In this document: positions 9,228-18,165 of the stretch, one piece after another
Layout: each line of letters starts with the position of its first letter
Numbering within the stretch: the first letter of the stretch is position 1
Source: an uncultured Gemmatimonadaceae bacterium
Lineage (GTDB): Bacteria; Gemmatimonadota; Gemmatimonadetes; Longimicrobiales; Gaopeijiaceae
DNA: 64,000 nucleotides
NCBI GenBank assembly: GCA_964546115.1
Contig: CAZJIM010000002.1
Coordinates: 1,742-65,741, forward strand
Direction of reading: 5' to 3'
The notes under the pieces: model-generated
Databases searched by the model: none
Told to the model about the DNA's origin: nothing
Seen by the model: the letters and a program-made list of their open reading frames with translations, nothing else
Translations under genes and position numbers: made by a program

Positions 9228-10487
9228 TTAGCCATACCCAACCGGCGCATCCATGACGACTCGTCGGTCCCGTAGTTCCTCGTATTCCGACCCGAGCGTC
9301 TCGCGCAGAATCGGACCCGTCAGGTCTGCCTCCACTGTGATGTGGTCCGGCAAGTACCGGCGGCACTCACCGAACTCAGCCTCGTATTCGGGCGTGGGAA
9401 AGGTCAGCGTCAAGATCGACGATCCGCCACGGCGCTCGACCCGATACAGAGGGTTGACCGTCAGCTCGCCGGTCACGTCGTGCTCATCCGTCAGCTCGTA
9501 GCGACGAAACAGATCGGCTCGAGCGCTAGCGACCAGCGTGAGCACCGGCTCGGTACCGAGTTCCTCGGGCGACACGTCGTGCGTCAGATCGACCGCACGG
9601 TGTTCGATCACGTCGTTGAAGATCCGCTCATCGCTGAATAGGCGCGGCTGGTGTGGCGCAAAGAGTGCGTGGTACGCGGCTGGCGTGAGAGTGTCGCCCG
9701 CTGAGAAGTTTTCGCCGAGGGCGCTGTGGAGGTGCGGCATCACCACGACGCCTTCCGAGCCCACAAGCCTCATCATCTCCTCGGCCAACAGTCGCTTGTG
9801 CCAGATATACGGAAACGCGTCAGCGAGGACCACGGTCGAGAACGTCCCTCGGGCAAACGGTAGCGGGTGGTTAGCGTCGCAGCAGACCGTCTCGGAGTCG
9901 GGCGCCGTGAACCGTCGGGCGAGCCACAGCTTCCAGAAGTACACGTCGGCGAGAACCGTGCCCGGGACCAAAGTCCCCCCGAGGGGGCGGAGACCGGTGA
10001 GGACCTGGGTCAGATGACCCGAGCCACCGCAAAGATCGAGAGTTCGGCCTCGGACGGGCCAGTCTTGCTGGCCGATCGCCCGTAACAGCGCTTCCGCGGT
10101 CAGAAACGTCGGGTCCGTGAAACGATAGAGAAAGTATGTGCCCTCGGCGTCGTGACACAGAAGCTCGAGGGCGTCGCGATATGTCGCGGTGTCCTGAGTC
10201 ATGAGGGTGCGAAAGCGTTTGCAGCGTACTGTATCGTCAGAAAAGCCAAGCAGCCCGAAGAGCGCCGCATCGCCCCGGTCCGCCTCGAGGGCGTGCAGGG
10301 CATGCCGCGTCGTCTCGTCGGTCTTCATCACGGGGATACCGGCGATGATGGGAAAAGCGCAGCACTCGCACCCGAGCACTCCCGCGTCGATGTGGCCTCC
10401 GTCGCGAACAAGCGCGTCGTTCTCGACGATCGAAACAGCGTTTCCACAAAAGGGACAGCGCAGGATATCCAGCAGGCTCGCATGCAT
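9228..10487 (-). CDS. Class I SAM-dependent methyltransferase with N-terminal Trm112-like zinc ribbon
   Basis: 419 aa. N-terminus LLDILRCPFCGN...LGCECCAFPIIAGIPVM (Trm112/UPF0434-type zinc ribbon). SAM motif I is LDLCGGSGHLT. Last gene of the minus-strand operon. Confidence 0.8.
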   Translation of the reverse strand: MHASLLDILRCPFCGNAVSIVENDALVRDGGHIDAGVLGCECCAFPIIAGIPVMKTDETTRHALHALEADRGDAALFGLLGFSDDTVRCKRFRTLMTQDTATYRDALELLCHDAEGTYFLYRFTDPTFLTAEALLRAIGQQDWPVRGRTLDLCGGSGHLTQVLTGLRPLGGTLVPGTVLADVYFWKLWLARRFTAPDSETVCCDANHPLPFARGTFSTVVLADAFPYIWHKRLLAEEMMRLVGSEGVVVMPHLHSALGENFSAGDTLTPAAYHALFAPHQPRLFSDERIFNDVIEHRAVDLTHDVSPEELGTEPVLTLVASARADLFRRYELTDEHDVTGELTVNPLYRVERRGGSSILTLTFPTPEYEAEFGECRRYLPDHITVEADLTGPILRETLGSEYEELRDRRVVMDAPVGYG

Positions 10488-10492
10488 GCAAA

Positions 10493-11308
10493 TCAGCTGT
10501 TAATCAGGGTCCCGAAGCGTTCGATGAAGACGTCGTCACGTGAGCCGACCTCAGCGCGTCGGTAGTGCTCGGTCCCGAGGAGAGCCGCCGAGTCTTGTGC
10601 ACTGACGTACTCCAGTGCACTCCCCTCGAACTGCGTACGGTGGCACCGTAACGCGGCCAGCTTCCGGTCCGCAAACTCCCCGGCCTCCATGACGAGTGTA
10701 GGTGCGGGCGCCATCGATCCGAACGCATCAGCATCGGCCACGCCGAGGATGAGCCTCGGGCGCGGGTCAGCCCGCTCGGGGTCGTTGGATGCGGCGTCCA
10801 CGATGGCTCGCATTCTGCCTGCGGGCATACTGACATAATGCAGGGCAGGGCCGGCGGCGCCTAACTGTGCGACCGCAGCGGTGGTTCGTTCGTGAACCGC
10901 GATGTGGTCCGGATGCCAGTAGAGGCCGTCCTCGTCGAATGTGACGACGACGTGTGGTTGGAACCGACTGATGGCGTCGAGGATGTCCGCCTCGAGCTGC
11001 GCATGGTCGATCCAGGGGAGCATCCCATCCTCGTGGTTGAGCAATAAGACGTCCCGAATACCAAGAATCCGCGCGGCGGCGTCCAGCTCACCCGCTCGAG
11101 TGTCGCGAAGCCGCCGGCCCTCGTGTCCGCCGGGCTTGCCGTCCTGCCCCGGGCCGTGCTCGCCGTGCGTGAGGCATAGGAGCGAGACCCGGACACCGGA
11201 TTGGGTGCACCGGGCGAGCAGACCCCCGCATGCCAGCGATTCGTCGTCGGGGTGTGCGAAGACCGCCAGGAGCGAAGCCCCGCTCAGATCGTCGAGTGGC
11301 AGTGACAT
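10493..11308 (-). CDS. PIG-L/LmbE-family N-acetylglucosaminyl deacetylase
   Basis: Start chosen at ATG 11308 (MSLPLDD...), 1 nt from the upstream stop. The signature is LLAVFAHPDDESLACGG plus HPDH. The longer ORF to 11596 overlaps the GT gene and is Ser/Trp-rich junk. Confidence 0.85.
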   Translation of the reverse strand: MSLPLDDLSGASLLAVFAHPDDESLACGGLLARCTQSGVRVSLLCLTHGEHGPGQDGKPGGHEGRRLRDTRAGELDAAARILGIRDVLLLNHEDGMLPWIDHAQLEADILDAISRFQPHVVVTFDEDGLYWHPDHIAVHERTTAAVAQLGAAGPALHYVSMPAGRMRAIVDAASNDPERADPRPRLILGVADADAFGSMAPAPTLVMEAGEFADRKLAALRCHRTQFEGSALEYVSAQDSAALLGTEHYRRAEVGSRDDVFIERFGTLINS

Positions 11309-11309
11309 A

Positions 11310-12380
11310 TCAGGGGGTGCGCTCGGCACGCTGACGCTCCGTGACCAGTCGCGAGTACACCTCCACGTGGGACGCGACCATACGGTCGGGCCCGAAGCGC
11401 TCCACGGCGCGATTTCGTACGATGCCCCGGTCGAGCGCCAGGACGAGTGGAAGCCCGTCGACCAGGGCGTCGAGTGAGTCGAAGATCCCGCCCGTGATGC
11501 CGCCGTCGACGAGCTCGTCGACGGCGCCGCATCGAAAGGCGGCAACGGGTGTGCCGCATGCCATGGCCTCCGCCATGACGAGACCAAACGGCTCACTCGC
11601 TTGCATGGGATAGAGCAGGGCTCGCGCCCCGCCGAGTAGCGTCACCTTCTGGGCGAGGTCTACCTCGCCGGCGTAGACGACTCGCTGGCCGTCGACCATC
11701 GGTGCGATGACGTTGGCATAGTAGTCATTCTCCGCCGCCGCGAGTACGAGACGCACACCGGCCCGTCGGGCTATCTCGATCGCCTGCACTACCCCCTTGC
11801 CTTCGGTAAAGCGCCCAAGAAAAACGAGGTAGTCTTCGGGTTCAGGGTGGAGAATGAACGTGGCGGTATCCACTGCGTGATGAATCGTCCCGACGACGTT
11901 GAGTCCGGCGAGAAGCTGCTTTTGCGCGGCCGAGATGGCTACGAAGGGCGCCTCCGGATAGCGCGACCAGAGCGCGACTTCGGGCGGCGTCGGCGCGTGG
12001 TGCAGGGTGAGCAATACCGGCGTGCGAGAAATCCGGGTGAACGCTAGCGACATCGGAGCGTACTCCGCCTGATAGTGAATGACGTCGAATTCGGCGGCCC
12101 GCTCGACGGCAGCGGCGAGGTTGAACAGCTCGCAGAGCTCCCACGGCCACAGCGAAGTGTCCTCGTGATAACCCAGTGGAAAGCTTGCGTGGAGCCTGGC
12201 CGTCGTGGTCGATGATCCGGTCGCGAAGAGGGTGGCCTCGTGGCCCATGGCCACCAGGCCGTCGGTGAGCAATGCGGTGACCGTTTCTACCGATCCAGAC
12301 CGGGGCGGCGGTATCGCCTGACCGACCGGGCCGACCACCGCGATACGCATCGGTTCAACTGACCGCGGTGTCATCCGCAC
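11310..12380 (-). CDS. GT-B fold glycosyltransferase, family 4
   Basis: 356 aa. N-terminus MRIAVVGPV...PPPRSGSVE...GHEATLF. C-terminal E-x7-E region (EPFGLVMAEAMACGTPV). An alternative start is ATG 12350. Confidence 0.85.
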   Translation of the reverse strand: MRMTPRSVEPMRIAVVGPVGQAIPPPRSGSVETVTALLTDGLVAMGHEATLFATGSSTTTARLHASFPLGYHEDTSLWPWELCELFNLAAAVERAAEFDVIHYQAEYAPMSLAFTRISRTPVLLTLHHAPTPPEVALWSRYPEAPFVAISAAQKQLLAGLNVVGTIHHAVDTATFILHPEPEDYLVFLGRFTEGKGVVQAIEIARRAGVRLVLAAAENDYYANVIAPMVDGQRVVYAGEVDLAQKVTLLGGARALLYPMQASEPFGLVMAEAMACGTPVAAFRCGAVDELVDGGITGGIFDSLDALVDGLPLVLALDRGIVRNRAVERFGPDRMVASHVEVYSRLVTERQRAERTP

Positions 12381-13492
12381 GCCTTTTCCAGAAACGGCGG
12401 CAGGACACGAGCACCGTCAAAACACTCCCGCGCGATCTCGGTTGCGCGGTTCGCATGGAGGGCGTATTCGCTTTCCACGCGTTTGAGGCCATCGAGCGCC
12501 TCGTCGACGGTCGAGAAACCGATGAGACCGGTGCCCGAAGGGAGGTGGGCGCTCCACCCGGTGTCCTGCACGAGCGCCGGTCGCCCAGCCGCCAGGTAGC
12601 ACGCGGTCCGGTCGCTGAACCAACCCGAATGCCTAGCCACGTAGGCGTGCTTGGCGACACCGAACTCCGCCTTCGATGCACGGATGAAGTCGCGGTAATC
12701 CCAAAGCGATCTAGAAACGCTCATCGCGTCGACCGGTGACCAGCCGTGTTCCCTGAGCAGTTCCATCGGACCGTTCACCGCGATCTCGAATCGCGAGGGC
12801 GTACGGGACGGTAGCTCGATGAACCGGATGAACTCCCGATCCTTGTTGCCGTCGACGTCCGTGAAGCTTTCGTTCTTCCAGGTCATCACGGTGGTGAAGC
12901 TCTCACCGGCCGGCAGTTCGTCGGTGTGCCAGAGCTCAGTGACGACGGGCTGCCAAGTCGGGTGCCACACGAGGCCGCTCGTCGGCACGTCGCAGGCTGG
13001 CGTACCAATGTTCGCCCCGAAGGTGAACAGATGGTCGAACCCCCGAAAGAACTCCACGTACCACTCTTCACCTTTTGCGATCGCGAGCTGCGTGAACACC
13101 GGGTCCGAGTCGACGAACACTCGGCGCGGGATGGCCGCGTACTCGTCACGCCAAGACCAGGAGCCTCCGGAGAGGTTCACGAAGAGGTCGGCCTCCGCGC
13201 AGTAGGTGCAAACGGCGTCCTTCGAAAGACCGTGATACGATCCGTCGTAGTTGACGAAGCTCCAACGGTCGCCGAGACCGAACGGCTCTAGCGCCTCATG
13301 GATGTAGCGCGTGCCGTATCCGGGGTCGGTCGCGATCTCGTCGCGCTCCGGGTCGTAGTTACACTCGCCGGTGTCCTCGATGTAGAGGACCTCGTGCCCG
13401 AGCCCCCGGAGGCCGAGCAGATACATTAGTGAACACCAAGTGACGCCACCGAAGGGATAGCGAGCGACGATACCGGCCAGCACGATCTTCAC
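12371..13492 (-). CDS. GT-B-like (CgeB/DUF3880-like) putative glycosyltransferase
   Basis: 373 aa. Rossmann-like N-terminus MKIVLAGIVARYPFGGVTW...GHEVLYIED. The C-terminus (YLAAGRPALVQDTGWS...GLIGFSTVDEAL) resembles the donor-binding half of GT1/GT4 enzymes. Assignment is by resemblance only. Confidence 0.55.
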   Translation of the reverse strand: MKIVLAGIVARYPFGGVTWCSLMYLLGLRGLGHEVLYIEDTGECNYDPERDEIATDPGYGTRYIHEALEPFGLGDRWSFVNYDGSYHGLSKDAVCTYCAEADLFVNLSGGSWSWRDEYAAIPRRVFVDSDPVFTQLAIAKGEEWYVEFFRGFDHLFTFGANIGTPACDVPTSGLVWHPTWQPVVTELWHTDELPAGESFTTVMTWKNESFTDVDGNKDREFIRFIELPSRTPSRFEIAVNGPMELLREHGWSPVDAMSVSRSLWDYRDFIRASKAEFGVAKHAYVARHSGWFSDRTACYLAAGRPALVQDTGWSAHLPSGTGLIGFSTVDEALDGLKRVESEYALHANRATEIARECFDGARVLPPFLEKACG

Positions 13493-13505
13493 GAGGTGGC
13501 CCGCT

Positions 13506-15329
13506 TCATGACGTAGCCCGCAGAAGCTCGTCCACCGTGCGCGGTTCGTCGAGCGATTTACCGACGGACAGGCGCTCGCACATCCGCCGATAGAGCCCGC
13601 ACGTCTTGATCAACTCGTCATGGGGTCCCTGGGCAACCAATCGCCCATCGTTCAGCACGAGGATGCGCGAGGCGTCGCGGACCGTGGATAGACGGTGGGC
13701 GATGACGAGCATGGTGTGGCTGGCGCGAAGCCGCCGTAGGGTATCGAAGATCGCCCCTTCAGAGATCGCGTCGACCGCTGAGGTGGGTTCGTCGAGAATC
13801 AAGATCGGAGCCACCTTCAGGAGCGCACGGGCGATACCGATTCGTTGGCGCTCGCCGCCTGAGAGCGTCGCGCCCCCCTCATGGACAGGGGTCTCATAGC
13901 CCTGAGGCAGACGGGTCACGAAATTGTGAAGGTTGGCGCCTCTCGCCGCCGCTTCGACGTCGGCGTCTGAGGCGTCGAGCCGCCCGTAGCGGATATTTTC
14001 GGCGATCGTGCCGGTAAACAGTATCGGCTGCTGCGGGACCAACGCGATCTGCTCACGAAGCGATTTCAAGGAGTAGCGGACCACGTTGATGTCGTCGATG
14101 AATACGCGGCCGGAGGCGGGCTCGAAGAATCTTGGGACCAAGCTGGCGATCGTGGTCTTACCGGCGCCGGTAAGACCGACCAGCGCGACCATCTCTCCAG
14201 GTCGGGCCTCGAAGCTGATGGTGTCGAGTACGTCCCGTTCGTCACCGTACTTGAAGCTCACCTCATCGAAGCGGATGTGTCCCTCGGTGCCCGATGCGTC
14301 GATCCCATCGGGATCGTCGAGGATCTCAGGGGTGAGGGAGAAGATCTCGCGGACACGGCGAGCACTCGTGACGGCTTGCTGCAGCGATCCGGTTGAGTGT
14401 GCAATCGCCGAGATCGGGTCATAGACCGCCGCCAGATAGGCGACGACCACGAGCAGGCTCCCGAGCGTCAGCGTGCCGTTCAGTACGTGGAGTCCGCCCA
14501 CGATCAGGACCAGAGCCGTGCCGGAAATCGTAATCGTCGTCACTGCGACGGAGAAGAGCGATTCCTGCCACGTCAGCGTGAGCCGGGCACGCATGGTGTC
14601 GTCCCCAGAGCTCGAGAAGCGCGCCAGCTCGTGGCGCTCCCGCGTAAAGCTCTTCACGGCCGCAACCGAGGACAGAATCTCGAAGGCGCGCTCGATCAAC
14701 GTCGACTCCAGCGCCTTCACCCGCTCGGCGCGATCGAGCATAGTGCGCGAGTAGAAGCGGAGGCACACATAGAGAAACGGCGCCACCACCAGCGAAAGCA
14801 GGGCGAGCGTCGGGTCCACGTAGACCAGGACCACGAACATGACCCCCAGATTGAGCGTAGCGAGAGTCAACGGAAACACACCACCGATAATCAAGTCGTC
14901 CACACAGTGCGCGTCGGCATCGAGCCGATAGACCGAATCGGCTGTCGGGGTCAGGACGTGGTGGCCCAGCGGAAGCGCCTGGAGGTGCTCCAGGAGCTTG
15001 GCCCGGAGCGTGTAGACGACGCTCTGGGCCACCTTCACCTGCATCTGGGTGTGGACCATACGGACCACCTCGTTGGCGATCTGGACTAGGAGACCGGCCA
15101 GGACGACGACAATGAGGAACGCCAGAGCACTGCCAATGATTGCCGCGGGAGTGATGGCTACAAGCGACGCCGGAAGCGGAAGACCGCCCAGCACATAGTC
15201 CACGATCACTTTGAGCGGCCAGGGGGCCAGCACCGCCAGGCCGATCTCTAGGATCGACAGCGCAAGGATCGCGGCGGCCTTTCCTCGATAGGGTTGGAGG
15301 AATCCGAGCGTCCAGGCAATCACGGTCAC
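13506..15329 (-). CDS. ABC exporter, fused permease/ATPase (MsbA/type I exporter-like)
   Basis: 607 aa. Six N-terminal TM helices. Walker A GLTGAGKTT, signature LSGGERQRIGIARAL and Walker B ILILDE. Confidence 0.9.
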   Translation of the reverse strand: MTVIAWTLGFLQPYRGKAAAILALSILEIGLAVLAPWPLKVIVDYVLGGLPLPASLVAITPAAIIGSALAFLIVVVLAGLLVQIANEVVRMVHTQMQVKVAQSVVYTLRAKLLEHLQALPLGHHVLTPTADSVYRLDADAHCVDDLIIGGVFPLTLATLNLGVMFVVLVYVDPTLALLSLVVAPFLYVCLRFYSRTMLDRAERVKALESTLIERAFEILSSVAAVKSFTRERHELARFSSSGDDTMRARLTLTWQESLFSVAVTTITISGTALVLIVGGLHVLNGTLTLGSLLVVVAYLAAVYDPISAIAHSTGSLQQAVTSARRVREIFSLTPEILDDPDGIDASGTEGHIRFDEVSFKYGDERDVLDTISFEARPGEMVALVGLTGAGKTTIASLVPRFFEPASGRVFIDDINVVRYSLKSLREQIALVPQQPILFTGTIAENIRYGRLDASDADVEAAARGANLHNFVTRLPQGYETPVHEGGATLSGGERQRIGIARALLKVAPILILDEPTSAVDAISEGAIFDTLRRLRASHTMLVIAHRLSTVRDASRILVLNDGRLVAQGPHDELIKTCGLYRRMCERLSVGKSLDEPRTVDELLRATS

Positions 15330-15339
15330 GGGAACACCT

Positions 15340-18114
15340 TCAACCTATGAAATCGGACACCGTCGTCTCGGCGGATCGCCGGGGCGTGGGTTCGACCCTG
15401 GGTTCTACGGCGAATTCGACCATGGTTTCAGCCGTAGATTCAGTCGTCGGCTCGACCATGGGTTCGACCGTGGTCGAGACCGGCAATTTTAGCAGCCCGG
15501 CAGCCGTGCTGACCCGAGCGACCGCCCGGTCGAGCACGGCCGTGGCGCGCATCACTTGCCAAGCGGCGCGGACGCCGATCGCCGCTATGGAAACCGCCGC
15601 GACCAAGACGGTCACCGACAGATCGTAGATGAAAATAGACGCGCTCATGCCGCCGGCTATTAATACCGCCAACGTCACACCCTGAAGGGTACCGACGAAG
15701 CTGGGACGCAGCCGTGCTCGCATCCGGAAGAGACAAGCTCCGTGTTCGTGCTCCTCAACGAGCGTCCGCACGTGCAACCAACCCCAGCGGCCGATCGCCA
15801 AGCTGAAATCCCGGTCGGGACGCCATCCCGCGTCGACGTCGACGATCTGAGTGGGCCGCGAGGCGCGCAGGACCCCGACGAGTTCAGTCAACAGGGTCGT
15901 GTGCGATGCCCACGACTCGCCCCAGAACGAGCGCTCCGTACCGGTGCGGGTCACGAGGCGCGCGGACGCGACGACGTCGCGCAAGGTCGGCATCGGCGAC
16001 TTCCAAGGATGCCGTGTCACGTGCTTCAGTGCCACCGCCGGGGGCCGCGACAGACCGCGGAAGCGCCCTCTGAATCGGGCCAGCGGCTGGAGCACGTGGA
16101 GCCACGCGATGAGGCCTCGATACAAAAAGCTACTCTGTCGCATGGACCAGCGTCCGATAGCGGGCAGACCGTCGAGGTTGGCACGCCAACCGCATCGGGC
16201 ACACTGCGCAAAGGTGACGGTCCCGCCGAGGATCCCGGCGATCAGAGGAAGCCACGCGGCGTCCATGCCTGCCAGCGGCCCAAAGACCCCGATGAGGAGC
16301 AAAACGAACGAGGCGGCCATCCACCCCGGCGAGTGGGGCAGGTAGTGCCACCGATGCGATTGCGTGCTGTAGATCGACGGGAATGCCGCTGTACCCCAAA
16401 CCCCGGTGTTCACTCGCCGCTCGGCCACCGGGCCCTGGAAGGGAAGCGGGCCATAGATACGCCCACGCCACACCATTTGCCCGCCGAGAAACTTCTCGGG
16501 ATGATGCGCGTCGAGCCAAGCCTCCCCCTCGCCATATCCGACCTGCTGACGCCAATACGCTCGCACGCTTGCTCGGCGATGGTGCCAGACCAGCGCCGAC
16601 GGTGCGAAGCCGATGTCCAGATTTTTGGCCTGCAGTCGCCAGCAGATGTCGACGTCGTCGCCGGCACGGACATAGACCGGATTGAAGCCATCGGCGGCCA
16701 AGAGCACGTCCCTTCTGAACGCCATGTTGCAGCCCGGTACGTGCTCAGCGATCCGGTCGTCGAGCATGACGTGGATTGGTTCTCCGGGGGCACGCGCTAC
16801 ACACTGTGACACCCATGGGTCGTCTGCCGGCACGACGTTCGGACCTCCGACGCCGGCGACGTCGGAGGTGAGCAACGGCTGCACCAAGTAGGTCAGCCAA
16901 TCGGGGTCGACACGGACATCGGCGTCGGTATACGCGATGATCGCGCCGGTCGCGGCGGCGAGTCCGACGTTCCGCGCCGCACTCAGGCCGCCGTTCGGCA
17001 CCTCAATGACACGAACGCCGGAATACCCTCGAGCGAGGTCCCCCGTCGCATCGCGCGACCCATCGTCGACGACGATGACCTCCACGTCGGGGTAGGTCAG
17101 TTCATCGAGCGACGTCAGGCAGTCGGCAAGGGTGTCCGCGGCGTTATACGCGCAGACCACCACTGAGACTTTCGGCCACGTAGCGCGCTCGCTGGACGGG
17201 AACGGAGCGCTGGCGAAGACCTCTTGCACTGCAGAGAGCGCCGGTTTGCGGTGTCGCGCCTCATCGACCAGGCCAAAGTTCCAGTCGTCGACCGTCTGGC
17301 CGCCGCGCCACCACTCGTCGGTCCAGGCGTACGCCACCGCACCACAGGCACCTTCGGCAAAAGCAGTCCGGAGATGTGTGGCCGTGATGCACGCTTGCCC
17401 CTTTAGTCCCTCTCGCAAGCTGTCCCCGCCGGCTTCCGCAAGGAGCAGCGGTCGGATACCCGCGAGATGCTGCAAGCGTGCGAGATAGCCTCGGAGCTCG
17501 GTCTCGCGGTGGAGATAGACGTTGTAGGCGAAGACGTCGAACGCATCGAGTTCGAGGTGCTCAGTCGGCGGGAAATTTACATACGTCAACAGGCTAGCGG
17601 GTGCCACGGCCTTCACGTCTTGGTAGAACTCGCGCAGGAACCGCTCGATCCTTCTGTGGCCGTGCCAACGGACGATCCCCGCGGGGATTTCGTTTCCGAG
17701 AGCAAAGAGGAGCGCCGCGGGGTGCTCCGCAAGCCGTCGCACAGTCGTGACGGCGTCAGATTTAATGCGTCGAGTGAGCCTTCTGTCGTCGAGGAATGGG
17801 ATGTGTTGCGGCCACGCCAGTCCGACCATCACGCTGAGACCGTGCCGAAGGGCTTCGTCGAGCAGGGCCAAAGACGGCGGTGTGTAGGTGCGCACCGTGT
17901 TGATGCCGGCGGCCGCCATCAGTGTAAAATCCTGTGCGATGCGCTCCTTCGACGGGAATTGTGCTCCCTCGCTGTCTGGAGCGAAGGTGCCGTAGGCAAC
18001 TCCTTTGATCCAAATACGACGCCCATCGACTTCTAGGAATTTGCCATCCATGCGGACACGGCCAGCGGGCCCGATTAGGGTGCGAGAGCCGCTCACACGG
18101 GTGGTGTCGTCCAC
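15340..18114 (-). CDS. Tri-partite fusion of a clan GH-A glycosidase-like domain, a GT2 glycosyltransferase and a polytopic membrane domain
   Basis: 924 aa. The N-terminal ~300 aa is a (beta/alpha)8-like domain (IWIKGVAYG, ALGNEIP, LLAEAGGDS). The GT2 core is VSVVVCAYNAADTL...VIVVDDGSRD...TDADVRVDPDW...WRQQVGYGEG. The C-terminal third is hydrophobic and ends in a VEP-rich low-complexity tail. Confidence 0.8.
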   Translation of the reverse strand: MDDTTRVSGSRTLIGPAGRVRMDGKFLEVDGRRIWIKGVAYGTFAPDSEGAQFPSKERIAQDFTLMAAAGINTVRTYTPPSLALLDEALRHGLSVMVGLAWPQHIPFLDDRRLTRRIKSDAVTTVRRLAEHPAALLFALGNEIPAGIVRWHGHRRIERFLREFYQDVKAVAPASLLTYVNFPPTEHLELDAFDVFAYNVYLHRETELRGYLARLQHLAGIRPLLLAEAGGDSLREGLKGQACITATHLRTAFAEGACGAVAYAWTDEWWRGGQTVDDWNFGLVDEARHRKPALSAVQEVFASAPFPSSERATWPKVSVVVCAYNAADTLADCLTSLDELTYPDVEVIVVDDGSRDATGDLARGYSGVRVIEVPNGGLSAARNVGLAAATGAIIAYTDADVRVDPDWLTYLVQPLLTSDVAGVGGPNVVPADDPWVSQCVARAPGEPIHVMLDDRIAEHVPGCNMAFRRDVLLAADGFNPVYVRAGDDVDICWRLQAKNLDIGFAPSALVWHHRRASVRAYWRQQVGYGEGEAWLDAHHPEKFLGGQMVWRGRIYGPLPFQGPVAERRVNTGVWGTAAFPSIYSTQSHRWHYLPHSPGWMAASFVLLLIGVFGPLAGMDAAWLPLIAGILGGTVTFAQCARCGWRANLDGLPAIGRWSMRQSSFLYRGLIAWLHVLQPLARFRGRFRGLSRPPAVALKHVTRHPWKSPMPTLRDVVASARLVTRTGTERSFWGESWASHTTLLTELVGVLRASRPTQIVDVDAGWRPDRDFSLAIGRWGWLHVRTLVEEHEHGACLFRMRARLRPSFVGTLQGVTLAVLIAGGMSASIFIYDLSVTVLVAAVSIAAIGVRAAWQVMRATAVLDRAVARVSTAAGLLKLPVSTTVEPMVEPTTESTAETMVEFAVEPRVEPTPRRSAETTVSDFIG

Positions 18115-18165
18115 CGGGATGGCCGGCCGGCTAATCCGCCGAAACGGGCTGCGAAATCATGTCCA

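Noticed and set aside
15350-15480. Short direct repeats (GGTTCGACC occurring three times) that might suggest a repeat array
   Set aside because: They lie inside the coding sequence and simply encode the VEP-rich C-terminal tail of the GH-GT2 fusion on the opposite strand. The spacing is irregular, so this is not a CRISPR or other repeat element.
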